Assembly: GCF_006345805.1 (NCBI RefSeq)
Contig: NC_043009.1
Location: 18,414,001 to 18,478,000, forward strand
Reading direction: 5' to 3'
From: Octopus sinensis
Taxonomy: Eukaryota
Length of the DNA: 64,000 bases
Positions 1 to 13,701 of the stretch are shown here, one piece after another (the first letter of the stretch is position 1; the number at the start of each line of letters is the position of its first letter). The position numbers were made by a program, and so were the translations under genes. The notes beneath the pieces were generated by a model, which did not search any database, was not told where the DNA came from, and saw nothing but the letters and a program-made list of their open reading frames with translations.

Positions 1-835
1 CATCCTTCTTATCATCAAACTCCATATCTCCCGCCTCTTTACCTCACTTGTACTACACCCACGCACATTCCATACCCTAGTCCTTGGTGAGATTAGGTGT
101 TAACCTTCTCCCACCCCTTGTCTTTTTCTTGTCTTTTTAGGCATATGAAATTACTAGGGGGAGCGGATTCCCAGTCTCTTCGCCCCCCCCCCTTTAGTTG
201 CCTCTTACGCCACGCAGGGAATACGGCGACTGTATTCTACTGCCCCCCCCCAGTCGCAAGGGAGATTTGCTAGTTAACCCATAGCTGGGACCCTTACAGG
301 TGTTACCACTCCAGCCTAGAGCAGACCTGGGAACAATACTGGCTAAGAGCTGGTTCCACACTCTTCAAACCGGATGTAGTTTATAGTCATACCCAAAGCT
401 ATAACCAAGCGTTGAAACCGTGTTCAATTATGAAGTGAATTAGCCTATACTAAGAATTGAAACTGAACTCTCTCTTGCTCTACGGCAGTGCGTGACAACA
501 GCAATAGCAGCAATAACATCAACAATAGTAGTAAGTAAAAAAGTGCTCAGCGCTGGAATGTAATTCAAGATGGATTAAAGACGGATTAAGAGTTAATCCT
601 TGCTGCAGGTGGTGGGATATTTAGGTCAAAATTAACAGTGGGTTTTTACGGGAGATTTAGGTCAGTTATTTTCTTACATCTTTGTTAATAGTGTTAACGT
701 GTTGGTGCTAGTGGTGGCAAATGTAAGTATAATGGTTGTGGAGTTAGTGCGGAATGTTAGAAGTGCTAGTGATGGTAGTGCTGGGAACTCTCAAGGTAGT
801 ATTGGTGCCGTTGGTGGCGGAATCAGTAGCACGAA

Positions 836-839
<4 letters not shown>

Positions 840-901
<62 letters not shown>
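840..901. repeat. (TAG)n microsatellite
   Basis: About 20 perfect TAG units; explains the poly-V and poly-Y ORFs. Confidence 0.95.
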
Positions 902-984
902 TGAAGAATGATATCGCCGTTCGCATTCGTTCTTATTGTTATATTTGTAGTTATTGAGGCACCAAAGACGGTTAGAAATATTCT

Positions 985-1371
985 TTTCTACTCAAGGCAC
1001 AAGACCCAAACGTTTTGGAGAGTGGGGCCAGTCGATTAGATCGATCCAATACGCAGCTAGTACTTAATTTATCGACTCCGAAAGAATGAAAGGCAAAGTC
1101 AACCTCGGCGAAATTTGAACTCAGATAAACGAAATACCTATTTCTTTACTACCCACAAGGGGCCAAACACAGAGAGGACAAACAAGGACACATAAACGGA
1201 TTAAGTCGATTACATCGACCCCAGCGCGTGATGGTACTTAATTTATCGACCCCGAAAGGATGAAAGGCAAAGTCAACCTCGGCGGAATTTGAACTCAGAA
1301 CGTAACGGCAGACGAAATACGGCTACGCATTTCGCTCGGCGTGCTAACGTTTCTGCCAGCTCGCCGCCTTG
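985..1371 (-). mobile_element. tRNA-derived SINE family A, dimeric copy
   Basis: The reverse complement begins ggcggcgagctggcagaaacgttagc and has a B-box-like gagttcaaattcc twice. The body cctcggcggaatttgaactcag recurs more than 10 times in the window. Confidence 0.85.
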
Positions 1372-4199
1372 ATGGTTAGAAATATTAACATTGGCGTTGT
1401 CACATTGTTATCGGAATCATCCTTCTTTCTGTCGTTAATATTGTAGTGGTGGTGGTGGTGATACTGTGATTCTTGTAGGTAGTGGTTTTTTAAAAATTTT
1501 TTATACTCTCAATATTATTGCTATTGTTATTGTACCTATATGGTGTTATTATAACCATCATGCTCAATGAACATCTTAACGATCATTAAAATTATTTGAC
1601 CAGGATGCAAAGTCACTTCCTTAACGCCCTCAGTTCGCTACATTTGAATATAATAGCCACCAGCAAAACTAATATTCTTCTAAATGTTGTCTTCCGGCAA
1701 CCACGCGATGAGCGCACCTTTTAATTCGAGTAGGGTGCATAAACATAGTTTCTTGAAACTGAGAGCTTCGTTCCCAGTGTGAAAAACCTATTGAAAACTG
1801 ATAAGTTATATCAAAAGAGTGGAGATAGAAAACAATAAATTAGAGTGGGAGCTAGACAAAGAAGCGATTTAATAAAACATTTCGCTTGACGTCTTAGCGT
1901 TAATAATGGCATCTCGATGCGAAACCCGGAGGCTGCTTGTTAGAATTAGTTCTAGCAAGAGCGTACATTTACAACGTTTGAAAGAATGGCGTTCAACAGT
2001 TTTGTTTAGTAGAGACAGGATGTGTGCTGTTCCATTTCAAGCATGTGTGCATTCTCTAACAGAACTTTGTCCAACTGTTTGCGGGTAGCAGTGCCTATCT
2101 CGACGTCCTGTCAAAATCCTTACTGTGTGGGATCTTCTGAAGGAGCTTCTATAATAACCTCTGGTACAAGAACACATGGAAGGCATGATATGTGGTAGAT
2201 AGAAACTATTTAGAAGCCTTTCGGAAAGACCGTTCCTGTTCTTGTGTTGTAGCGCTAATTGGTCACCTGTTATATAGTCACCACTAGCTCTTGGATAACT
2301 GTTGCGGGGCACACTTCGTTGCAAGTATTTGGACCAGGAATCTGGTCTGAGAAAAAATTCTTTCACCAGTCTAAGAGGCCTTTGAATGTGTCTTGGGTGA
2401 TACCATTCTTTCTCTGTCTAACCCATAGTAAAGAAAAAAGAAACCCTCATACAAAAGAATTTATGAAGATGAGATCTATCAGTAGAGTGCACAGTTTGAG
2501 GTCGATAAATGTTAACACCTGTCAACTTTTTTTAACTAGAGCAAACGGAAGATTTTGCGCTTAGTGATTGAGTGTACGTGACGATGAGCAGATGAAAAGG
2601 AAGTTTGGAAAGTGTGCAATGTTCAATCGAAAGGAAAATGAAGTTAAAATGGTGATTTTATCAATAGATACAAAGATTCTATAAAGTTATTGGAAGTGGA
2701 ATTCCTAAGAAAAATTGTAATTTGAAAGCAAGGTTATACGAATGGATGGAAACAACTTTCCTGGAGATGATTTTGCAAATTTTGTGACAGTGGGACAGTG
2801 ATACTTCGTGTTGCGAGCTCTGCTTGTCAGGTGTATAGCTGCAGCACACCTGTGACTGATCTATTTGTTGTTTTGGAAACTACTTTGTCCTACTTGTTTG
2901 AGATATATGAAAGGACATACCTAGAAGGAACATATCAACCATGTTCTTCTAAATCTATAAGGAGAAAGAACACATTCATTACCAAAATTGGAACTAGCGG
3001 AACTCTGGGCGGACCTGAATTAAAACAGGATTGACTGAACTGGAATGGTGCGTGATAGGGTGAAACCTGGATTAGTCCGAGATAAAGTTCGCTCTCTCGA
3101 GAAGTATCATCACCCGAATTAATGTTGAGTTTGCAGGAGAGAAATGTCCTTAATATTTAGAATTGGTGTGTTACTCATGGACACGAATAGGTGAAAAAAT
3201 TCACTAGATGGGGATGTTAGTTGGTGTTGATTGTTAGTGGTTATTTTTATATATATTTTTCGCGTTGTTGTGTTGTTTTGATAGTTCTACTTCTGTTGTC
3301 ACAATATTCTTCGTTTTACTATTAACGGTGTCCATAGTGAATCCGTGTTAGTATCATATTCCCCTAGACAAATCAATGCACAACGCTCTATAGTATTATT
3401 TATTGACGGTAAACCACAGCATTATAAGTGAGAATCGAGCTCATTGACCCGTGAAGCCCTTCCCTCGGGCAATTGCCCTGTATGCATTAAGACGATCCTA
3501 GTGCGCTAACGTTGTTCAAAGACTGCAAACCAGCAGAAATGTTAGAATCTCAGGGAAAATGCCATCTTGTATTTCAGCGCTGGTAATTTTTCGAGTGCTT
3601 TAAGTTCTACCTCCGAGGTCAACTTTAGGGTTAATGAAATAAAGTACAAACTTATCCCCAACAAAATTGCTGGCTTTGTTCCTAAACTAGCAACAATTGT
3701 TTTTATTATTGTTGTTATTCTTGATGCTGTAGTTGTGTTAACACTGTTACTATTGGCTTGCTAGTATTATTTCTGCTATTGTTGATGTTTAGTATGCCAA
3801 CCGCTTCTCGTGTCAATATTGTTGCTACTGCTTTTGTTATTGTTGTCGATGTTTCTGTTGCGGTTTTTATTGTTGCTATTACCACAGCTGTTGTTTCTGT
3901 TGTTGGTGCCGTTAAACCCTGCAGATTAACTCAGATTAAACTCAGCATCTGCTCTGGATATGTTTTTTCCTATTGTTGTTATCGTTGTTACTGTTGTCTT
4001 TGTTCATAGTTTACTGTGTTTGTATGTATGTGTGTGAGTGAATGCATGCGTTCGTGTGTGCGAGCGTACGCTTGTGCGTGCGTGAAAGTGTAATTATATT
4101 GTTTCCAATGTTGTAGCGTTACTGTGTTTCTGTTGCTAAATTTTCCCTGCTTATATGCAGACCATTAAAAAGTGTAAAGCGGATAAGTTCACATCAACA

Positions 4200-5410
4200 G
4201 CATCTTATGCGAAATTACTTTAAATCGTAAGAAGAAATTAACAACTCTGAAGCAGGAACTCGTTGACAAACAATAAAAAAAATCCGTTATCAAAACGAAA
4301 ACAAACAAAAGATACGAGCCAGTATTAACGACCAGCTGTATACAAAAAGAGGGAAGATTATATGTAATTTTGATATAAGATCTGGAATGAAAGGAAAGAT
4401 TTTAATCAGAATGCAACATGGTTAGATACAATCAAGCAAGAATACTGTACCAATATCAACTGTAAAAGATGTGTGAGCAACACAGAAACCTTCGCCAAAT
4501 CTGTGGGAAAAGCAGCTTCAAAAAGCACCAGAAAGGTACCTTTCCAAAGTTGGCTACTGGTACCAGTTGTTGACTTTCTACAGAAAGTTACTGCTATATT
4601 GACATTCCAAAGAACTATTGAAGGTCAAGCTAACATACCAGACTGGTTTAACATAGACGAACAAATCTTGTAACCAAAAATGAAATCACCGACTTTGCAA
4701 AAAAACTATTACCTACAAATTGTACACAAGAATTGTATGCGATTTCTCCATAAAGAGAGATTATACAAAGAGATCAGATACGATTGTAGAGGAGAAAAAA
4801 GTGTAAAATCACAGACTTTGCAATCTCTATATATAAAGCTGAACTTGTCTGTGTGTGGCAGGTTTGGTAGGCTTCAACTAACACTATCTCCTCCGAGACC
4901 CTGCGGAATGAAGGCTTGCTCTTCATTCAGTAGAAGCAAAAATTCAAATCGGACCATGTTAAGATCAAAAATTATTTACATCAAAAAGGAGCTTTTTTTC
5001 TATGAAAATCCCTTCTTTTTTTTCTTACAATTTTTTAACTGCTGTATCGTCATTCTTCAGTGTATTTCAACCAGAAAAATATTCACTTAAAGAGTTACAT
5101 AATGCAAAATTTTTACTTTTCAAAAATTCCAATTCTAAAGGGTCGAAAAGAAAACAAACCCGAGCAACGCCGGGCAATACTGCTAGTATTATATAATAGT
5201 AGGGTGGATATAAAAGAAACATTAGGACCCAGTTAGATAATAAAGAGCTTGTGGAAGGCAACTGTTCCTGTGGTAATTGGTGCATTTGGCACAACACCCT
5301 AACTGCTTCCTAAGAAGCTGAATTAAGACATAAATTGTTGACCTGCAGGAAAGTACAATTGTGCATCCTCCAAGAATCCTAAGAAAGATTTCTTGACATC
5401 TGAGAAATCT
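4200..5410 (+). mobile_element. Decayed R4/Dong-type non-LTR fragment interrupted by a Helitron-like element
   Basis: NIPDWFNI...PKNEIT..AKNY resembles the pre-RT region. After 5187, IIKSLWKATVPVVIGAFGTTP resembles the restriction-like endonuclease (RLE) C-terminus. Many stops and frameshifts. Confidence 0.55.
4824..5186 (+). mobile_element. Non-autonomous Helitron-like element (363 bp)
   Basis: Starts A|TC(tc tatatataaag), ends with hairpin cccgagcaacgccggg followed by CTAG|T, so it is inserted in an AT dinucleotide without a TSD. These are canonical Helitron termini. Confidence 0.75.
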
Positions 5411-5999
5411 TATTACCAACAAACTTCAAAATAACATCCCTACTAATTAAATCAGCACGAAATAATTTATGAGAAACAACATTGACGACGATGACGATGC
5501 ATCCGTTTCCCAGTGCCTTTGACATCTATTTCGGTAAAGCTGAATACGAATATGAATACAACAAAAGTAACATACGCGCACATACATGCTCGTACCTTGT
5601 CGAAAGAAGAAAGAGTTTCGAATGGTGGTAAGATTCCGTCGTTCTTTATGCGACACCTTAGGAAGTAGTTAGGATGTTGTGCGAAACAATATTTTAAAAG
5701 CAATCTGAAGTCCGAGGATGGACTCATCTCCTATGAAGCCAAACCTCCCGATATGAAAGTGGCATGAACAGCACAAAAAACGTCCGAATTGATTGTAGAA
5801 GCGAGAGCTTCTATCTGGACGGCTGTTGAATCTATTGACAAAATTTTGATAAAGAGTAATGTATCGTGTTCTGAGAAAGTGTTTCCCAAGTGATGTAGAA
5901 TGTTTTAAAAATTTACTCGACCTGCACAAAAGTCTTGAGAAAGGATTATTTCAAGAGTAGACTAAGCGACCAATTAATTCCCTTTTATTTTCTGCTTAT

Positions 6000-6400
6000 T
6001 TCTCTCCCAGATATGCAACTCTGAACATAGGCAATATAAACGTTCATGATCTGGAGTTATCGTGGGAAATGGACACATACTCAACATGTTATTATATCGA
6101 GATGTAATAGACATTAGAAAGATCAGAATTTCCGAAAGTACTCACGCGTCCAACTTCTGGACAACTGCGAGTTTCATGCTATCCTCACTCGGCTCGGATC
6201 GGGTTTTGCGGCAGTGCTCTTTTCGTATGGGCATGTACTGTTTTCCTAGATCGGTCGGCAGGTCGGTGATCTTAGATTTTAGCCACCATCAAGACTACGG
6301 TAGAGCCTTCGGACTAGTGGTTGCTTACAGCTGGATTTCTTTAGATATCTAAAGCGATCCTTGAAACATCTTGCTCATTAGTGTTACTGGTTGATTAGAT
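6000..6400 (+). mobile_element. Decayed L1/Tx1 APE endonuclease fragment
   Basis: LNIGNINVHDL...DVIDI..ISESTH...GRSVILDFSHHQDYGRAFGLVVAYS matches the layout of APE N-terminal motifs. Confidence 0.5.
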
Positions 6401-7321
6401 TAAGATCTTTGACGCACATATAGATTCGGCGGGGCAGCTTATAAGAGAGGTGGAAGAACAAAACCCTTACAAACCTTCTTATGCACTTCCAACTGTCACA
6501 GAGATATGTTTCAATTTTCCTAATGTGCCGATGTAAACTTCGTCAAATCCAGGTTGCACTTAGAATTATCATCAAGCCAGCAGAAATAACCTCACTCTTT
6601 CTCTCTCCCTCTCTCTCTTTCTCTCTTCTCTATCTATCTATCTATCTATCTATTTTTATCTTTCTCATGCACGCACACACACACACACACACCACACACA
6701 CACACACACGCACACACACACATATTTATGTATTCTGCTTGAGAAATATAGCATGAGTAAAGGCGACTTTAACGAATATGAATGTTGCACAAGGCGTGCT
6801 GCACACCGAACTACTGTGCTTCATGGTTACTGTTTAAACCAAAGTTTCACATAATTTGGATGCAAAGTCTCTGTAGCTATATGTATGCAGTGAACATGGT
6901 GAGACGCGGGTTTTGTGAAGACTTGTATTAGACAATGAAATTTGATGGGCAAATGTTAAACTTTTTGATGAATTTCTGAATCATTCGGTTCAATTTATCT
7001 GTTATTTATATTCTTGAATGTTCGAGTTAATGTCTTCAGGCATATATACTACGCAACATTACGATCAGTACAACGATTACCACCTCCACCACGAACAACA
7101 ACAGAAACATTAACATCACCCGAAAAATCATCGCCGACACCAACTAGTTTTGTTGTAGCTGACATTTTTACTATTGAAGAATGTTGTGTTAGAACTATAT
7201 TTACAACACAATAGACATATTCTTGTAGCATACTGACATTGGGATTATAAGGACATAACACTACAGTCATCCTTTGTATTATACGTCTCAACACACACTC
7301 ACGCACACTCACGCACAAACA

Positions 7322-7356
<35 letters not shown>

Positions 7357-7432
7357 ATTATCTATCTATTTATTTATCTACACACACATACATATATATC
7401 TATTTATTTATCTACACACACATACATATATG

Positions 7433-7488
<56 letters not shown>

Positions 7489-7567
7489 ATATATTACATC
7501 CACACACATACACACATATTTAGAGAGAGAGAGTATAAAAGAGATGAATATCCTGGTGGATAATCAA

Positions 7568-7615
<48 letters not shown>

Positions 7616-8329
7616 AGGAATACATCAACTTACATATGTTTATATATTTAACTGGATCTCGCAGCAGGAATAAAGCTATAAACAATTGTCTGTAAATATT
7701 TGCTTGAAAAATTTTGTAGATAGAAAATTCTGAAGGTTGCTCAATGGAACTCGAACCCATAACTCCAGTAGATATGACAGGTGTTCTACCATTGAACAAA
7801 ACCAACCTTTCGAATTTCGCTAATCCATTTCAGAAACTTTATTTCTCCCAGCAGGAATTGTATGTTGTTGACGTCATAAAAATTTATAAACTTTCAAGTG
7901 AATCTGAAATAATTCGATTTTTCCTATCCAAAAGGGATTTTCAACACAATATTTACATGCTGTTACTTATAGCTTTGTGTGTGCTTCGAGATCCTTTTTC
8001 AGTTCAACAATGATGTTTAATAGAGTCTGGAACAAGACGTCGCATTGAGCAACTGTATGCTCAACAAATAAGGAAGGTATGTTGTTCTATCTTACATTTT
8101 TGTTTTAATTTTGATATCAGGTTCTCTTTGATAAATCCATAATTAACTATAACGACCATCTATATTAATAAAATTGATTTGGTAAGAATGATGTATGTGT
8201 TTATCAGTACATGTTAGTCTGCTATAGTCAATACGCCTTTCTCCACCCTCAACTAGGCCTACAGAGATTTTAGCGTTCCAATAAACTTTCACGACAGGTA
8301 AACTTTTTAATTGGTCATGTTACCATGGC

Positions 8330-9890
8330 GATTGCATTAAAGGCTGAGAAGGAAGGGAAAGTGCATGCGTGGGTATGTAAATGCGTGTATGTGCGTGTAT
8401 GTGTGTGTGTGTGTGTGTGTATCTATTATGCATTTATGCATGTTTGTATATATATGTGTGTGTGTATGTATATATATATATATATGTGTTATCCTTTCTC
8501 TCTCCCATACACTCACACGCGTGCGCATACAGCACACACACATAGTCACACACACACACACACACACATATAGGTGTTTGACATACACCGTTTAAAAGCG
8601 AGATTAACCGGAAATTACGGGAAATAACCGAAGTATTATTTTACGAATTGTGAGCAGCCGGTAGCTGCATGTACATCACTATATATTTAATGCGTATATG
8701 TATGCGTGATTTATGTGGTCGGATTGAGCTGAAAATATGCACACCTATGTTAAAAGTGCTGGCGAGTTTGCATGGCAACTATTTTTTTCCTCAAAAGAAA
8801 GGCGTGACCTCTAGGACAAAATTCCTCTTCTTTTAAAATGTGGCTCGAGTAGACCCGAATGAAATCGGGTTATATTAACCAAACAAGTAAAACAGTGAAA
8901 AACTATGCCATTTTAACCCCAAGCAAGGCGGGGTATCTCTGTAAGTCTACTACATATTTGTGAAAAGGGCAGACGTTGTCTCACAAGCAGTTATACAGGC
9001 AAAATTGTTAGTAAATATGGTCGGATTGAGCTGAAAATTTGCACACCTGTGTTAAAAATCCTGGCGAAATTGAAAGGTGTAGCCTCTAGGGCAAAATTCC
9101 TCATTTTTAAAGTGTGGCCCGCGTAGACCCGATGAAATCGGGTTATAATACCGAAACAAATAAAACAATGATAAACTATTTTAATCCCGAGCAAGACCGG
9201 GTTTCTCTGCTATCTATATATATATATAAAGGAGCTTGGGGTCAAAATTGTATGCACATTTTGCTACGTCTGAGGTTGGCAGCGAGACCAGTGGTCAGAT
9301 CGAGCTAAAAATTGACACCGGCATAGAAGGCGTGATGAGGCAGAGAGTTGAGTAGTTTAAAACTCGCCATCTGGAAAGATGCGGTTGCTATTGTGAGAAG
9401 AGTGATTTTTTATCGATTCAAGGGGGTTCTAAGCCCCTCCAGATTGGCACGATTGGCATCTAATCTAATCTATAAAATGAAGAAGGCGAACGTTGATACA
9501 AATTGGATTTTTATGTAAAAAGGGGTCTAAACGGGACAGGAGGAGGATTAAAATATATAGGAGGAGGTAAATTGAGGTGAGAAATTGATTGGGAGACGTT
9601 TTGGGGCGCTACAGTGATTGCTTTGCTGTAAAACGGGGATTTTATTGATTTTGGGGGACACTTAGGGGTCTAGATTGGATACCTTTTGCCCAATTTCAAT
9701 AAAATTTTCAACATGGTAAAGTGGAAGGGGATTTGTAATTCAAGCGCGGAAAATGGGTTCGAAATTTTGAAAATTAAGGCAAGATTTTTTAAGTTGAGAA
9801 AAATTTCTTATTTTAACGTATTTTTGCCTTTTATTTTTTATTGTTTACAGCTTTCATTTTTTCTGAAAGAAATTTACAGCTGCATGTAGC
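8330..9890 (+). mobile_element. Head-to-tail array of Helitron-like units
   Basis: ggtcggattgagctgaaaat recurs at about 8717 and 9019, with a variant near 9293. Hairpin-like 3' ends lie at about 8917-8945 and 9186-9213. A new TC(TA)nAAAG head begins directly at 9213. Confidence 0.55.
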
Positions 9891-10864
9891 CCGTGTTTAG
9901 AGCTTTCCTTTGCATGGTCAATCGTCGAAAAATTCCCAGAATAAGTACTAAATTAAACAATGAAATCCTTTTTTCCTTATTTTTAATCGCTCAAATAGTA
10001 TCACGTACAAAAGGCAAGTGTGCTTTCCGTTGTCACTGCCTGATATTTATGATTGATCTTTCAAAATATTTTCTTTATCAACTTACTCAAGATCTTTTGT
10101 TTTTTATAAATGGGAGAGAGATAGAGAGTAAGAGAAAGCGAGGGAGAATCCGAGAAAAAGGAAGAGTAAGAGAGTGGGAAAGTGTTTAGGAATTCTCTGT
10201 TACATCAAGCTAAAAAAATTGTGCCAGTCTTTAAATCGTCAATGGCAAGCTTACCTTCATCTATTCTGAGTTACTCTTCTATTTGTTGATACCTTTGTTG
10301 GCATATTTTCACTGCGAATTGCTAAAGATTCAAAGCAGTGTTCGTGAACCGAAATCAAACTCTTCATGTCTTCATTTTTCGTTACCTGAAGTCAATTCCA
10401 GAGTGGTCGTACACTGTAAGCACATAGCAAATACATTCTTTTATCTCTACTTTCTCAGATAGGTATTATATTACCATTTTTGAACGTACCAATCATACTT
10501 CTATCCGAAAAAATAGCTTCCTTTGCTGTTGAATATAATAAACTTGTAGAGGGGAAGTGTCAACGTCTTCCTTCAATTTCCTTACACCATTTATGTGGCT
10601 GTTTCTAACAAGAAATTTCGCTTTCATGTAAACCAACTATCTTTTGTAGTCATTATCCGTGATCTACTCCCAAAACACTTCAGTAGCTCAACTTTGCATC
10701 GCTGGCAAACTTATATTGTGGAAGTCGTTCCACTTTAATGATCATAGGATCATTAAAGTGCAACGATCTCCACAATAACATGCCTACAATTTGGTTTTCT
10801 GTTCCTAGTTTAATTGGAAACATAGATTGCCGTGCTACTCATAAACCTTCTCGGTAGTTCAATT

Positions 10865-11170
10865 ATTTGGTGGAAAAAATACCACCAAAGCAACTTAAAT
10901 CGTCCAAAGGACGGGTGCGTTTGCTAGGACATATATGTGCGCGTGTGTGTATATGTATGTGTGTACATATATCTATTCTACATTTATGTACGTTTGTATA
11001 TGTGTGCGCGTTTATACATGTATATGTATATATATTTCTATATACACGTGCATATACATCCATATATACATATGTGTGCTTCCCTTTCTCTTTTACATAC
11101 ACTCACAGGCATGCATACATAGCACAAACTCATAGGCACACCCATACGCGCACGCACACACACACACACA

Positions 11171-11201
<31 letters not shown>

Positions 11202-11950
11202 TGCACATGTATTTGACAAGCATCGTTTAAAAGCAAGATTAACCAGAAATAAACGAAATATTATTTTGCGAATTGTGAGCAGACGATAGCTTTTGAAAGC
11301 AACACCAATGTTTTAGAATCATCTCACTTTTGTTTGATAACTATTAATCTCCCAAATAACACGTCTAAAGTCAACATTAAGGTGAAGTACATTTCTAAAT
11401 TCTTTGTTAGACCCTCTAGTGGTCACATTGTCAGTGAAGAATTCATCTGACGTTTAAGCAGGAAGTGCTAGAAATAGCAACCAAATCTTTCCTGTGAGCA
11501 GACAATAGATTCATTTAACAATAGTGTCACTTCAGAAAATCACGTTATCAATAACGATAGTAACTTAAATGATATATATAAGGATTGTCATGGAAGGAAA
11601 CGATACAAATTCATTGAACAGTAGTGTCGTTTTAGAAAATTACGTAATCAATATTAATACAGCTCATAATAATGATAACCCTTTCATCATTACCGACCAA
11701 AACTTAAATAACGCAACTAATGATTTAAACAACAATAATGTAAATGCAATAAATAATGATACAGGGAAAAATTTAAATGCTTCAGCAAGAAAACGCCAAA
11801 AACAGAAATGAAATGAGTGAAGAAGAGAGAGAAATTCAGAGAACAAGAAATCGAGAGTATCCAAGACGAAGACGGGAAAGACTCTCAATTCAAAGAAGGA
11901 ATGAAATTAGAGAAGAAAACTGTTAATAATGTAGACCCGGTTGATACTCA
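10865..11950 (+). mobile_element. Probable 5' remnant of an autonomous Helitron-like element with a broken ORF
   Basis: Shares cgtttaaaagc.agattaacc.gaaat...cgaattgtgagcag with 8588-8658. It is followed by an Asn-rich ORF (11569-11811) and a frameshifted MSEEEREIQRTRNREYPRRRRERLSIQRRNEIREEN charged repeat. Confidence 0.35.
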
Positions 11951-12199
11951 TACTCTATAATCATACTGTGTAAACAGTTTTACCCTACTGTGTTAATAAT
12001 GTAGATTTAGTTAATCCACACACTGCGTAAATAGTCACTCTAGTATGTAATAAGTTTGATGGCAAGTATTAGTATAAGTGTGACAATTACGTTTAATATT
12101 TTCAGTAGATCAAAGAAAATGTTTCCAAGCCTGTTGTACCACAAGACTAATTTTCAAGTATTTTATTATATAATTGTTTATCATCATTTTATTCCTGCA

Positions 12200-12243
12200 T
12201 GCATGCATGCATACATACATACATACATACATACATGCATACA

Positions 12244-12277
<34 letters not shown>

Positions 12278-12445
12278 CATACATATACACATACATACAT
12301 ACATTCATACATACATACATGCATACATACATACATATAAATACATATATAAATACATACATACATACATACATACATACATACATACATACATACATAC
12401 ATACATACATACATACATACATACATACATACATACATACATACT
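12200..12445. repeat. (CATA)n microsatellite
   Basis: Long tetranucleotide array; explains the HTYI/MYVC ORFs. Confidence 0.95.
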
Positions 12446-13666
12446 TGTATACAAACAAAATACCGAGCCAATGAGATAAGGATGTCGCAAATATCTACAA
12501 CTGAAACAAAATGTCGAGTGTACCATACCAATGGGAAAGAAACTCCCATATCATCAAAAGCTTTCTAAAGATGTTTCGATGAGATACGACATTATTGCCA
12601 ATACTATTTACAATACTATCCGCAAGAATGGCATCGTAAATAGTGTCGATTGACATACAAGTGGTGCATCAAGCCAAAAATGTATCAGTAGCATTACATA
12701 TAAAGCATACTGGTGGAATATTCCTGCCTATCAGTAACAGAAACGAACAATAGTAAAGCAGTGAACTGCTTTACTATTGTTCGTTTCTGAGCAGGTTGTA
12801 ACTTGAAAAAAAAAAAAAAAAATTAGAACGTAGAGGAAATAGACCATATCAACAAATTTATAACATTTAATGTTAAAGGTTAGATCTATGAGATTCTAGA
12901 ACATGAAATGCTCAAGTACTTTATGTACAGAAGTTAATAAGAATATTGTTGGCAATAAACGCGGATTACAGAAAACAAAATACAAATATCAGCCACATTA
13001 TTGACAACTGAGGGAGAATATCTTGTGAAGATTACCTGCTCGTAAGATATATTTAGTTAGCTCTAGAAATCTGGAAGAGAGTAATAAAGAAAACATAATC
13101 GCCGATAAAGATTTCTCAAAGAATGTTTATAATAACAAAAGAAAAAGAAAATTAATCCTTGCTACCAAAAAATGGGAAATCAGTATAACCTCTGAAAAGC
13201 TAACAATGAAGGAAAACAATCAATGTATATTCGGAGATGCATACATAAAAAGTTAAATTCTTCCACTTCCATAATTCAAATTCCTGTTGAAAATAGGGAG
13301 AAAACAAACAAAAAATTTAACGGAATTGTAATGCAGGGATGAAAACTGGTTATTGTAAGGGGAATCATTTCAAAGTTGTTTGGAAATAATATACGTGGAA
13401 CAGAGGGAAAAATTAGATGTAGGAGTATTTCAATTTTAAAGTTCAGTTTGATACGGAATAACCTCGGCCGCATTCTCAGCGACTGTAATATAGAATCACA
13501 ACAACATACGTAAAATAAATAGTGTGTCATTCATAGAGGTACTTAGTGAAAGTAGATGGTGATCTCCTCCGGAAGTGTCAATAGTTTTTTTCCTTAGTAT
13601 TTCAGAGTGTTTCCGGTCGAGTAATGGAGTTGGTGCTTGCTTTGCATATATCTTTCTCTCTCTCAC

Positions 13667-13701
<35 letters not shown>

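Noticed and set aside
10255-10385. Minus-strand exon-like segment (ttcag|...AAG|gtaagc)
   Set aside because: All three phases contain a stop, and phase 1 (needed after the cbEGF exon) stops after three codons. It could be a non-coding exon but is unsupported.
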